Shown: piece after piece, positions 12,371 to 22,319 of the stretch
How positions within the stretch are numbered: position 1 is the first letter of the stretch
Layout: every line of letters begins with the position of its first letter
From: an uncultured delta proteobacterium
GTDB taxonomy: Bacteria > Myxococcota_A > Polyangia > Fen-1088
Assembly (NCBI GenBank): GCA_963796685.1
Contig: CAWCMR010000009.1
Coordinates: 64,001-128,000 of the forward strand
Direction of reading: 5' to 3'
DNA: 64,000 nt
The notes under the pieces: model-generated
The model's database searches: none
Told to the model about the DNA's origin: nothing
Seen by the model: the letters and a program-made list of their open reading frames with translations, nothing else
Made by a program: the position numbers and the translations under genes

Positions 12371-13565
12371 TGCCGCTAGGCCGCGGGGTCGACCACGCAG
12401 CTTCGACGAGACGGAGGCGCTGGAAAAGGCGACTCAGGTGTTCTGGTCGAAAGGCTACGACGGAGTGACGATTGACGATCTCGTCGCCGGGATGGGTGTG
12501 GGACGGCCGAGCCTGTATGCCGTCTTCGGGGACAAGCGTGCGATATTCTTGCGCGCCCTCAAGGCGTATGCAGAGAGGAAGGGCGCATCAGCCGCGAAGG
12601 CACTCCTTTCGCCACAGAGTCTTCGCGACTCGATCGCGAGCTTTCTGAGGTACGCCGTCGAAAGTGCGACCGAGAAAGGGTCCGCTCGGGGCTGCCTTAT
12701 GATGTGCGTCGCGCCGCTGGTGAACGACGCTGAGGTCCGGCAGTTCCTACAGAACGCAGCGGCTGGCGGCGTGGCGCTAGTGGAACGTCGTTTCCGGGAC
12801 GGGATCAGCGCGGGAGAAATCCCATCTGACTTTCCCGTGGCCACGCGCGCAACCCAGGTCACGGATTTAGCGCGTGGGCTGACCATGCGTGCGCAGATAG
12901 GCACGCCACGCAAGACGCTTCTCAAAGAGGCTGAGGAAGCCGCCCACAGAACGACCACGGTCGTGCCCATCGCGTCGGCGGCGCTGTATTGTGGCTGCGT
13001 TTGGGGAGCGAAGCTCACACCTGGGCAAGCTCGCCGCGTTCTCCGACGTAAGCGCGTTCCCCGTGCGGGTCAAGTGCGCAAGCCTCGCCTGGCACACCTT
13101 GAACGCGGCCATGCACGAGACCACGACCGAGCCCACCAGCGGCAGCGAGCCCAGCAAGGAGCCCTAAAAGTGACGGCGGCCCCCGATCCCCAGCCCGCAC
13201 CCGACCCGCCCCCCGACCCGCCATCGGGCTCCACCGCCAACGATGCGGCCACCGCCCAGTTGGAGCGCCTGGTGTGGCAGGAGCTGCGCGAGTGCTACGA
13301 CCCGGAGATCCCCGTCAACATCGTGGAGCTGGGGCTCGTCTACGCCATGAGGACCGAGCCCCTGCCCGAGGGCGGCCACCGGGTCGAGGTCCTCATGACC
13401 GTGACCTCTACTGCCTGTGGCATGTCCGAGATCCTGCGCAGCGAGGCCGACGCGCGCATTCGCAAGCTGCCCGGCGTGGCGCAGGTCGAGGTCGCCATCA
13501 CCTTCGACCCGACCTGGACCCCCGAGCTCATGAGCGACGACGCGCGCATGATGCTGAATTTGTGA
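12360..13565 (+). CDS. TetR-family regulator reading in frame into the IS-cargo sufT copy (chimeric ORF)
   Basis: RGRPRSFD..GRPSLYAVFGDK; no stop before the sufT stop; cargo junction at 13019. Confidence 0.75.
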   Translation: MIQNAARPRGRPRSFDETEALEKATQVFWSKGYDGVTIDDLVAGMGVGRPSLYAVFGDKRAIFLRALKAYAERKGASAAKALLSPQSLRDSIASFLRYAVESATEKGSARGCLMMCVAPLVNDAEVRQFLQNAAAGGVALVERRFRDGISAGEIPSDFPVATRATQVTDLARGLTMRAQIGTPRKTLLKEAEEAAHRTTTVVPIASAALYCGCVWGAKLTPGQARRVLRRKRVPRAGQVRKPRLAHLERGHARDHDRAHQRQRAQQGALKVTAAPDPQPAPDPPPDPPSGSTANDAATAQLERLVWQELRECYDPEIPVNIVELGLVYAMRTEPLPEGGHRVEVLMTVTSTACGMSEILRSEADARIRKLPGVAQVEVAITFDPTWTPELMSDDARMMLNL

Positions 13566-13629
13566 CTGGAGAGAGCGCAGAGGGCGGAGGAGGGCGCGGA
13601 GGGCGGAGAAGCTCGGGAAGGTTTTGCCG
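13019..13629 (+). mobile_element. Short (611 bp) IS cargo: 3' end of sufU plus sufT (13170-13565)
   Basis: Near-identical to 339-949. Confidence 0.9.
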
Positions 13630-15389
13630 ACCGTGGCCGTGCCTCACCCACACAACGCCCGACACCCGCATCACGCACCTTCCGTGACCTGCTTGCCGAG
13701 AACCCTCCTTCATGGAGGCAGCCGCATGCGCAAAACCTGCGACCGGCTACACCTATGCCCGCCGGGAGCCGGAGAAGACCGCGCTCTTCCAGGTGCTCCA
13801 GCAGCACCTGCTCACCTTCGAGCAAGAGTGGACCGACAAGTCCGACGGCCGCACGCTGCCCAGCTTCGTCACCGACGAGCTACACGACTTTCTAGGGTGC
13901 GGAATCTTGGCGCGAGGCTTCGCACAATTCTTGTGCAAAACCTGCCACGAGCGGTACGTTGTGGCCTGGAGCTGTAAGGGTCGTGGCTTCTGTCCGAGCT
14001 GCGGAGGCAGACGCATGAACGCGGGTGCGCTGACTCTGGTCGATCACGTGCTGCCCGAAGTGCCCATCCGACAATTCGTGCTCACCCTGCCTTTCCCGCT
14101 GAGATTTCCCTTGGCCTTCGACGGGAAATTGCTGGGCCAAGTCCTGCGCATCTTCATCGACACCGTCGCGTCCAACTATCGCAAGCGCCTGGCAGATCGG
14201 GGCATCCCCGACGGCGAGTGCGGCGCCGTCACGGTCATCCAGCGCGCCAACAGCGACCTGCGTCTCTCACCGCATTTTCACGTTCTCCAGCTCGATGGAG
14301 CGTACGCCCCTGGGCCCGACGGCGGTGCGCCCATCTTCCACCCGGCTCCGGAACTTACCCAAGAGGACATCCTTGCCATCGTCGCGCGCGCCAGTAAGCG
14401 CATCCTCCGCTTCCTCCAACGTCGCGGGGTCATCACCCTGGTGACCGCGCCAGGCGACGGCGAGATCACCGTCGTCACCGACGAGACCATCGGCGAGAAG
14501 GATCCGCTCCTGGCTCGCTTGTTGGCCGCCGCCACCGCTGGCGCCTCGCCTGCCGGCCCTGCGCACAAGCGGGCTCCCGTGCGCATCGTGCTCGACCCTG
14601 GCGCCACGCCCGTGGCCAAGGGCAAACTATGCGGCCAGCAAGCAGGCTTCAACCTGCATGCTCAAACCAAAGTCGCCGCCAACGACAAGAAGGGTCGCGA
14701 AAACCTGTGCAAGTACATCTTGCGCCCGCCTCTCGCCAACGACCGCCTCAAGATCCTCGACGACAAAACCGTCAGGCTCGACTTCAAGAAGCCCTGGACG
14801 GATGGCACCTCGTCGGTCGACCTTGCGCCGCTCGCCCTCATTGCCAGGCTAGCCGCGATCATCCCTCCTCCTCGTCGCCATGTCGTCAGATATTCGGGGG
14901 TTATCTCCTCGCACAGCTCTCTCCGCAGCCAGGTCGTCCCCGTCCCCGCCGTGGCGGCACCCGAGGAAAAGGACAAGCCTTCACTGCCGCTCTCGCACTA
15001 TATTTCTTGGAGCCAGCTCCTCAAAAAGACATTCGAGATCGACACCGTCTGCCCTCGCTGCAAGAGCCCGCTGCATCTCATCGCCATGATCGAGACCGAG
15101 GACACCATCAAGAAGATTCTCAAAGCCATGGGACTGCCTACCGAGGCGCCCAAACTCCGGCCTGCACGACCGCCGCCCTCGCAATCTGGTGGCGAGGGCG
15201 GAGACTGGCTGAACTGACGGCACGTCGACCAGGGCGGGTTGGAGTAGACTGCCCTGCGTGCTCGAGAAAGACCCCGTCAGGCCCCAGAAACCCGGTCACG
15301 TGCGCCGTACCGACGTGATCGGGGCCAACCTAATGCGGCCCGGCAGGGTTCTCAGACGCTCAAAAACCCCCTTCGAATCGCCTATGGCC
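13630..15389 (+). mobile_element. IS91/ISCR-like element copy 2 (1,760 bp)
   Basis: Ends shared with the other copies; no TIR or TSD; oriIS-like ..GAATCGCCTATGGCC. Confidence 0.95.
13712..15217 (+). CDS. IS91-family rolling-circle transposase
   Basis: Zn-binding CKTC..SCKGRGFCPSC, HUH motif PHFHVL, single-Tyr LCKYILRP (ISCR-type), C-terminal CPRC. Confidence 0.95.
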   Translation: MEAAACAKPATGYTYARREPEKTALFQVLQQHLLTFEQEWTDKSDGRTLPSFVTDELHDFLGCGILARGFAQFLCKTCHERYVVAWSCKGRGFCPSCGGRRMNAGALTLVDHVLPEVPIRQFVLTLPFPLRFPLAFDGKLLGQVLRIFIDTVASNYRKRLADRGIPDGECGAVTVIQRANSDLRLSPHFHVLQLDGAYAPGPDGGAPIFHPAPELTQEDILAIVARASKRILRFLQRRGVITLVTAPGDGEITVVTDETIGEKDPLLARLLAAATAGASPAGPAHKRAPVRIVLDPGATPVAKGKLCGQQAGFNLHAQTKVAANDKKGRENLCKYILRPPLANDRLKILDDKTVRLDFKKPWTDGTSSVDLAPLALIARLAAIIPPPRRHVVRYSGVISSHSSLRSQVVPVPAVAAPEEKDKPSLPLSHYISWSQLLKKTFEIDTVCPRCKSPLHLIAMIETEDTIKKILKAMGLPTEAPKLRPARPPPSQSGGEGGDWLN

Positions 15390-15475
15390 TTGTCAACTCA
15401 ACCCGCGTGTCTGCCGGCGTGCCAAGCAGATCCGTCTTCAGCGGCGATGTCGGATCGGGTGTACGATGGCGCGTC

Positions 15476-16498
15476 ATGTCCGCTGACAAACCCGTCCATC
15501 GAGGCTCCCAGTTCGTTCGGCAGTGGCGCCTTTTGCGCACGCTGGAAGGCGCGAAGCGAGGGATGACCGTCGCCCAATTGAAAGAGGCGATCGAAGAAAC
15601 GCAATCCACGCGCACCCTTTACCGCGACCTCGAAGTTTTGCAGCAGGCGGGTTTTCCCCTGACCAACGAAGCCGGGCGCTGGCGACTGCTGGAAACCAGC
15701 GAAGGCGCCTGGGCCATCCCCGTCAGCCCCACCGAAGTCGTGGCGCTGATGATGACCGAGGATCTGCTGGCGCCCGTCGAGGGAAGTTGGCTGGCACAGC
15801 CGCTGACCGAGCTTCGCGCTCGGCTTTCATCATCCCTGACCCCCACCGGCCGTCGCTATTGCGCCGAGCTTCGCAAAGCCAACATCGCAACCCTGTTCGG
15901 CGGTGGCCACTACGGCGAAAAGCGCGCCGAGCTGGAAGCCATCCACGAGGCCATCGAAAAGCAACAGTGCGTGCGCATCGACTACGCCACCCCCGGCAAG
16001 CGCCCAGAATCACGCACGATCGACCCCTACTGTACGTGGTTTGCCGCCGGTCGCGTCTACGTCATCGCCTACTGCCACAAAGCCGAAGACACCCGCACCT
16101 TCGCCGTCCAGCGCATCAAGCACGCGCAAGTCCTGGACGAGACCTTCGATCCGGATCCCACCTTCGATCCCGCCGCCTTCACCCGCAAAGGCTTCGGCGT
16201 GTACCACGGCCCCGTCTACCGCCTGACCATCGACTTTTCGCCCAAGGTCGCCCACCTGATCCGCGAACGCCGCTTCCACGTCAGCCAGCAAGTGACCGAG
16301 GTCGGCAAAGGCGTGCGCCTGAAAATGGAAGCCGCCGGCCTGCCCGAGATCGCCGCGTGGGTGGCGGGGTTTGGCGGAGAGGCCCGGGCGGTGGCACCGA
16401 AGGAATTGGTGGAAGCGGTGAAGGGAATGCACCGGCTAGGGCTGGAGGTTGCCGAGACAGCCAGGGACGTGACCTCGGATGACACGAGGGAGTCGTAG
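15476..16498 (+). CDS. HTH-WYL-WCX transcriptional regulator upstream of the cas operon
   Basis: STRTLYRDLEVLQQAG wHTH; RTIDPY..YVIAYC..RTFAVQRI WYL domain. Confidence 0.9.
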   Translation: MSADKPVHRGSQFVRQWRLLRTLEGAKRGMTVAQLKEAIEETQSTRTLYRDLEVLQQAGFPLTNEAGRWRLLETSEGAWAIPVSPTEVVALMMTEDLLAPVEGSWLAQPLTELRARLSSSLTPTGRRYCAELRKANIATLFGGGHYGEKRAELEAIHEAIEKQQCVRIDYATPGKRPESRTIDPYCTWFAAGRVYVIAYCHKAEDTRTFAVQRIKHAQVLDETFDPDPTFDPAAFTRKGFGVYHGPVYRLTIDFSPKVAHLIRERRFHVSQQVTEVGKGVRLKMEAAGLPEIAAWVAGFGGEARAVAPKELVEAVKGMHRLGLEVAETARDVTSDDTRES

Positions 16499-16516
16499 CT
16501 TGAGGGAAAGAGACCT

Positions 16517-17513
16517 GATGAAGAAGCGAACGGTCCAAACGAGCACCCGAACCACGGCCATGGCGAATCCTCAGGATGCCCGAAAGGTCCGCGGACGCTC
16601 GCGCGAGGATCAGGCTGCGTTCCCAGTGGCCCCCGTGCGGTCCGAGCTTCCTAAAGACTACGCCGCGGCCCTTGCTGAAATCAAAGACCGCGTTCGGCAA
16701 GAACGCCTGCGTGTCGTTCTGGCCGCGAATTCGGCCATGGTCTTGCTTTACTGGGACATCGGACGGGTGATTCTCGATCGACAGGCACGCGAGGGCTGGG
16801 GAGCGAGAGTCATCGATCGTCTGGCCGAGGATCTGCAAACCGCGTTTCCCGAGATGAAGGGGCTTTCCACGAGAAATCTGCTCTTCATGCGCGCCTTCGC
16901 GGATGCTTACCGGGAAAGGCAGAAAGTGAAACAGCTTGTTTCACAATTGCCTTGGGGACACGTCGTTCGGCTGATTCAACGTATCAAAGACCGAAACGTT
17001 CGCGACTGGTACATCCGTCAAAGCGTCCAAAATGGCTGGAGCCGCAACATCCTGGCCATCCAGATCGACGGTCGCGCTCACGAGCGCCAAGGCAAGGCCG
17101 TCAACAATTTCAAGGACACCCTGCCCCCGGCGGATTCGGATCTGGCCAGCCAAGTATTCAAAGATCCCTACCTCTTCGATTTCCTGGGTACCGCCGACCC
17201 GCGCCGCGAACGCGAAGTCGAGCAAGCGCTGGTCGATCACGTTCAGCATTTCCTGCTGGAGCTGGGCTCGGGCTTCGCCTTCGTCGGCCGCCAAGTGCGC
17301 CACCCGGACGACAAACCCAGCGTGGGCCTGCTGCTGTGCCGTTCGCGCAACAAGCTGGTCGCCGAATACGCCCTGCGCGGCCTGCGAAAGCCCGTCGGCG
17401 TCGCCGAATGGGAGACCAAGATCGTCGCCAGCCTTCCCGCCGATCTGAAAGACGGCTTGCCCACGGTCGAGGAGATCGAGGCAGAGCTGCAGTGGCGAAT
17501 CATTGTCCGGTAA
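16517..17513 (+). CDS. YhcG/DUF1016 protein with an in-frame deletion of the PD-(D/E)XK core
   Basis: YWDIG..WGARVI..KDPYLFDFL..FAFVGRQV is joined directly to RHPDDKPSVGLLLC. Confidence 0.8.
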
Positions 17514-17541
17514 TGACAAAGGGGAGGCGTAGGGTGGCGGA

Positions 17542-19835
17542 GATGGAGAAGAAAGCAACGATGCCCGCACCAAAGGAACCCGTCGCGCATGCTCCCCGCA
17601 TAGCAGGACGACCATGGCACTTGCTCGCCGCTCACTCGGAGGCCGTTGCTACCCTGGCTGAAGTATTTCTTGGCAGTATCGTTGATAGCCGTTGGGGACG
17701 ACTGGCCGGTTTGTGGCACGACCTTGGAAAAGGCACCCCCGAATGGCAGACCTTCATTCGGGCCGCAGGGGAAGCTGCCCAGGAAGCACACGTCGAAGAG
17801 GCGGGAGAGCGTCGGCGCGGCCCTCCACACAGCGCAACGGGTGCTGTCCACTCGCGCCGAGTCCTGCCAGAAATCAGCTCAGCCCCATTGGCCTTCGCGA
17901 TCGCGCCATCACGGTGGGATTCCAGACAAGGAGCGGTTGCGTGAACGACTCAAGCTGCCCGAAGAGATTGAACGATACGCACGCGCCATCCAGGCCCCTG
18001 TTGACCATCGAAGTGAAGTTGGAACGCCTTCAATTCCGCCATGGATCCTTTCTCCGGTTTCGCCCCGGGCGGGCGCACGCGGTCTGGAACTATTCACCCG
18101 GATCTTGTTCTCAGCCCTGACCGACGCGGATTTCCTGGATACGGAAGCCTACTTTGCGTTGGCCGGCGATGTGGAAGCCACAAACAGAAACGCAGCACGG
18201 GCAGTCCGATGGCCCGAGCTTCGTTCGTACCAGGCGGTGTTGGATGCCTTCCTGTCAGCGAAAAGGGACAGCGCATCTCCTACCCCAGTCAACCGGCTTC
18301 GCTCCGAAGTTCTCGACGCCTGCCGTGCAGCAGGTCCGCATCCGCGAGGTGCCTTTAGTCTCACCGTCCCCACTGGCGGCGGTAAGACGCTGTCCGGACT
18401 GGCCTTCGCGCTTGGCCACGCCCACGCTCACAATCTCAGTCGGGTCATCATCGCGCTGCCCTTCACGAGCATCATCGAGCAGACAAGCGGTGTTCTGCGC
18501 GACGTTTTTGCAGACCTTGGCCCCGATGTGGTTCTCGAACATCACAGCGCGGTTGATTCCGAAAGGGTGACGGCACTGGGGCGTGTCGCAGCAGAAAACT
18601 GGGATGCGCCCTTGATCGTCACCACCCAAGTCCAGCTCTTCGAGAGCCTCTTTGCCAATCGATCGGGAGCCTGCCGCAAGCTGCACAATCTGATCGACTC
18701 GGTACTCGTGCTCGATGAGGTGCAGAGCTTGCCTTCGAACCTCCTGGAGCCAATTCTAGATGTCCTCGATGAACTGGTCCGGCACTACGGCGTCACCGTA
18801 TTGCTGATGACGGCCACGCAGCCCGCGCTTCATCGCCGCCCGATTGGTGCACGCGAGTTTCCTGGATTGACCACGGCACCACGAGAGATCATTCCCGAGG
18901 GGCTCGCGTCTAGACTCTGGGATGGGCTCCGCCGGGTCGAGGTCCATTGGCCGACCACCTGGAACGCCGACGCAAGCAAGGAGCCGGGTTCATTCTGGTC
19001 AGAGCTTGCCTCCAAGTTGGCCGAGAACCCGCAAGCTCTCGCGATTACCCACTTGAAGAAGGATGCTCAGGCACTATGGCAGGCGCTCTCCCGTTTGGAC
19101 CCGGCAGCCTTTCACTTGAGCGCGGCCATGTGTCCCGCGCATCGATCCAAGGTTCTGGCCGAGGTGAAAGACCGCCTGAAGGCAGGAGAGGGTTGTCTCC
19201 TGGTTTCGACTCAGGTCGTTGAGGCGGGTGTGGACATAGACTTTCCCGTCGTGTTTCGCGCGATGGCCGGCCTGGAATCGCTTGCACAAAGCGCTGGTCG
19301 GTGCAACCGCGAGGGCATTCGTCCGAAGGGAGATTTCTTCATCTACGAGGCACCCACTTCGCCGCCGAAGTCTCTTCGACTGCACAAAGATGTTGCCCAG
19401 ACAATGCTGGATGCCGCCCCCGACTTGGACATTTTCGAGCCAGCTACATTTCGAAACTACTTCAGCCGACTCTACGCGCACAAGGAACTGGACCTGCCCG
19501 GGGTGCAACCGATGAGGGCTGCCCTCAACTTTCAGGAAACAGCGGCTGCATTCAAGATGATCGAGCAGGCCACTACTACTGTATTCGTTCCATTTGACGA
19601 TCGCGCCGCATCCGCCTTGAAAGCTTTACGCTTCGCCGGCCCTTCGCGTGATCGGCTTCGTCTCCTGCAACGATATGGCGTCTCGGTCTACGCAAACCAG
19701 TTCAAGAGCCTGCAGGCCGAGGGCGCAATCGAAGAACTACACCCTGGTCTGTGGTCTCTTTGTTCCGACCTCAACTACGACAAGAACCTTGGTCTCCGCA
19801 CCAGCGCGGACGCCTCTGTGGCCCTCATCTTCTGA
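17542..19835 (+). pseudogene. cas3: Cas3 HD nuclease-helicase, frameshifted at ~17906
   Basis: WHDLGK in one frame; HHGG, DADFLDT, PTGGGKT, DEVQ and QSAGRCNR in another; junction ATC GCG C CAT CAC. Confidence 0.85.
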
Positions 19836-19845
19836 GGAGAAACGC

Positions 19846-20487
19846 ATGCCTGAACGATCTCCAATCTTCCAAGTACGTGCACACGGTCCCATGGCCTGCT
19901 TCACTCGACCCGAGTTGAAGGTTGAGCGGGTCAGCTATGAAGTGATGACCCCCTCAGCAGCGAGGGGCATCCTCGAAGCGATTCTTTGGAAGCCTGCGAT
20001 TCGCTGGTGCATCGACCGTATCCACGTGCTGAACCCGATCAAGTTTGGTCAGCTCCGGCGGAACGAAGTAAATGGTCGGCTTTCCGAACGTGGCAATCAT
20101 GCCGCCTACTTTGCTGACGAAGACCGTGCCCAACGAAACACCCTGTTTCTGGCCGACGTCGATTACATTATCGCCGCCCACTTCGAAATGACGACCAAAG
20201 CGGGGCCAGAGGATAACCTGACCAAGTTCGTGGAGATGTTCCAGCGGCGCCTAGACAAAGGGCAACGCTTCCATCAGCCATATCTAGGTTGTCGCGAGTT
20301 CGAGGCCATCGTTGAACCAGCGCCGGATCCTCTGCCAAACCCACACGAGAGTCTGAAGGGCCTACGACCGCTCGGCCTCATCTTGCACGACATCGAGTTC
20401 GGCCCGGAGAACAAGGCCCGATTCTTCGAAGCACGTCTTGAGGATGGCGTGATGGATGTTCCCCCCTTTCAAGAGGTGCCGGCATGA
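19846..20487 (+). CDS. cas5: Type I-C Cas5c
   Basis: ACFTRPELKVERVSYEVMTPSAARG..PYLGCREF. Confidence 0.95.
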   Translation: MPERSPIFQVRAHGPMACFTRPELKVERVSYEVMTPSAARGILEAILWKPAIRWCIDRIHVLNPIKFGQLRRNEVNGRLSERGNHAAYFADEDRAQRNTLFLADVDYIIAAHFEMTTKAGPEDNLTKFVEMFQRRLDKGQRFHQPYLGCREFEAIVEPAPDPLPNPHESLKGLRPLGLILHDIEFGPENKARFFEARLEDGVMDVPPFQEVPA

Positions 20488-22295
20488 TCCTGAAGGCGCT
20501 ATATGACCTGGCGCGGGCAGAAAACCCGGACGACGACCTCGACTTCCAGCAAGAGCCCATCCGTTTCGTGCTTGTCCTCAGCACGGGAGGAAAGACCGGA
20601 AGAATCCTGGATAGGGGCGAACGTGTACAAGTCCGCCCTGGGTCAAATAAGACGATCTTGCGAGTGGCCCCCATGAGTATTCCCCGCCAAGAGAAGGTGA
20701 CCTCAGGAAACGATCCGCAGTTTCTCGTCAACATAGCGGAGTACCTCTTTGGGATCGATCTATCCGCCAAGAGGGAAGCTGCAAAACTCAATACACGGTT
20801 CGAGAACTTCGCGAACCAAATCGACACCCTGGCAGTTGGCGTGGCGAATGATCGCACCGCCGTCGCTGCCATTGAGGCGATCCGAGGCTTTCTAGCGTTG
20901 CCCGCTGCTGCCCGCCGAGCGGTTCTCGATGGACTGATCGGCCAAGCGCCGGCAGGCGCAGAACGTGACCGAATGAAGACTGACCTGGCGGGGGCGAAGT
21001 TCGCGATCCAGTACGAACCGACGGCGCCAAGCCTGGTTCACGACCTTGAGGCCGTGCGAGTGTATTGGGCCGCGCTTCGGAAACCGAGTGCAACGGCCCA
21101 AACGGTCCGTTGTCTCGTGACGGGTAACTTTGGTGTGGCAGCGTTGAAGCACCCTCGAATCAAAGGCGTTCCTAACGGCAACACGAGCGACGCGGCCTTG
21201 GTGAGCTTCAACGATCCTGCCGTTTGGTCCCATGGGTGGGAACGGCATGCCAATGCACATATTAGCCGAGACGCGGCCGAGTCGTGCGGAAACGCCTTGA
21301 ACTGGCTACTGCAGACCAAGAACCGTCGCCGACTCAATCTCAGCAAAGGCACGGCCGCTTTGTTCTGGGCCAAGGATGGCCAGGACCCCGGCTTCCTCCT
21401 CGGCCTGGGAGACGATCCCGAGTCCGTACGGGCGATGCTTGAGGCGCCACAGACGGCTCGCCGTCCGGCAATCGATGAGCCTGACGACTTCTTCACTGCG
21501 GTTGTCTCTGGTGCGAAGGCGCGAACCACCTTGCGGTCCTTCGTGCAAACCAGCACCCGTGCCATGCACACCAACGTTCTCGCCTACCTGTCCTCTATCG
21601 AGATCGAGCGACCGGATCGGCGCGGTGCTCGTGGCTTGTACCCGATGCGGACACTACTCGAAAGCCTCTGTCAGAAAGGCCGCGATGGCACCGATGTGCC
21701 ACCAGGCCTGGCCGTAGGGCTGTACCTGAGTGCAATCAACGGCTCGTACCCACCATCTGCGATCCTTCAGGCCGCAGTTCGCCGGAACAAAGCTGAGGCG
21801 AACTGGGATCCAAAATCTGACAGCCAGCGGGACAAGTGGTCTCGTTTCGCTGCCCGATGCGGTCTCATCCGGCTGCACCTGATCCACAACACCCACTGCA
21901 AGGAGGAATACACCGTGTCGCTCAACCCAAACAATCAACAGCCTGCCTACCTCCTTGGCCGCATGCTTGCCATCCTGGACGTAATCCAGCGAGACGTGAG
22001 CCCGAGGATCAACACAACCATCGTCGATCGGTTCTACGGATCAGCCAGTAGCACCCCCGTCGCCGTCTTCCCGACGCTTATCCGCTTGAACCGGCACCAC
22101 CTCGCAAAGCTGAGGAAGGAGAAGGCGTGGCTTGCCAATCGGCGTGAACAACTTCTGCAGGAGGCCGCCAATGGACTTCCAATCATGCCTAGAACCCTGA
22201 ATCTTGAGGGGCAAGGTCTCTTTGCCCTCGGATTCTTCCATCAACGCCAAGCCCTCTTTCCACAGAAGGATGGCGGCACACAGATCACCAACTGA
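20484..22295 (+). CDS. cas8c: Type I-C Cas8c (Csd1)
   Basis: MILKALY, CLVTG..HPRIKGV..LVSFN, C-terminal YLLGR..F.LGFFHQ. Confidence 0.9.
   Translation: MILKALYDLARAENPDDDLDFQQEPIRFVLVLSTGGKTGRILDRGERVQVRPGSNKTILRVAPMSIPRQEKVTSGNDPQFLVNIAEYLFGIDLSAKREAAKLNTRFENFANQIDTLAVGVANDRTAVAAIEAIRGFLALPAAARRAVLDGLIGQAPAGAERDRMKTDLAGAKFAIQYEPTAPSLVHDLEAVRVYWAALRKPSATAQTVRCLVTGNFGVAALKHPRIKGVPNGNTSDAALVSFNDPAVWSHGWERHANAHISRDAAESCGNALNWLLQTKNRRRLNLSKGTAALFWAKDGQDPGFLLGLGDDPESVRAMLEAPQTARRPAIDEPDDFFTAVVSGAKARTTLRSFVQTSTRAMHTNVLAYLSSIEIERPDRRGARGLYPMRTLLESLCQKGRDGTDVPPGLAVGLYLSAINGSYPPSAILQAAVRRNKAEANWDPKSDSQRDKWSRFAARCGLIRLHLIHNTHCKEEYTVSLNPNNQQPAYLLGRMLAILDVIQRDVSPRINTTIVDRFYGSASSTPVAVFPTLIRLNRHHLAKLRKEKAWLANRREQLLQEAANGLPIMPRTLNLEGQGLFALGFFHQRQALFPQKDGGTQITN
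21915..22295 (+). CDS. cas11: Probable internally translated Cas11c small subunit
   Basis: AGGAGG SD then in-frame GTG at VSLNPNNQQPAYLLGR; internal Cas11 translation is established for type I-C. Confidence 0.7.
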   Translation: MSLNPNNQQPAYLLGRMLAILDVIQRDVSPRINTTIVDRFYGSASSTPVAVFPTLIRLNRHHLAKLRKEKAWLANRREQLLQEAANGLPIMPRTLNLEGQGLFALGFFHQRQALFPQKDGGTQITN

Positions 22296-22319
22296 AACTG
22301 AACAAGAGAGGCAAACCCC

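Noticed and set aside
16464-16490. Possible WYL operator GTGACC-N5-TGACAC at the end of the WYL gene
   Set aside because: Only 4 of 6 symmetric and a single instance.
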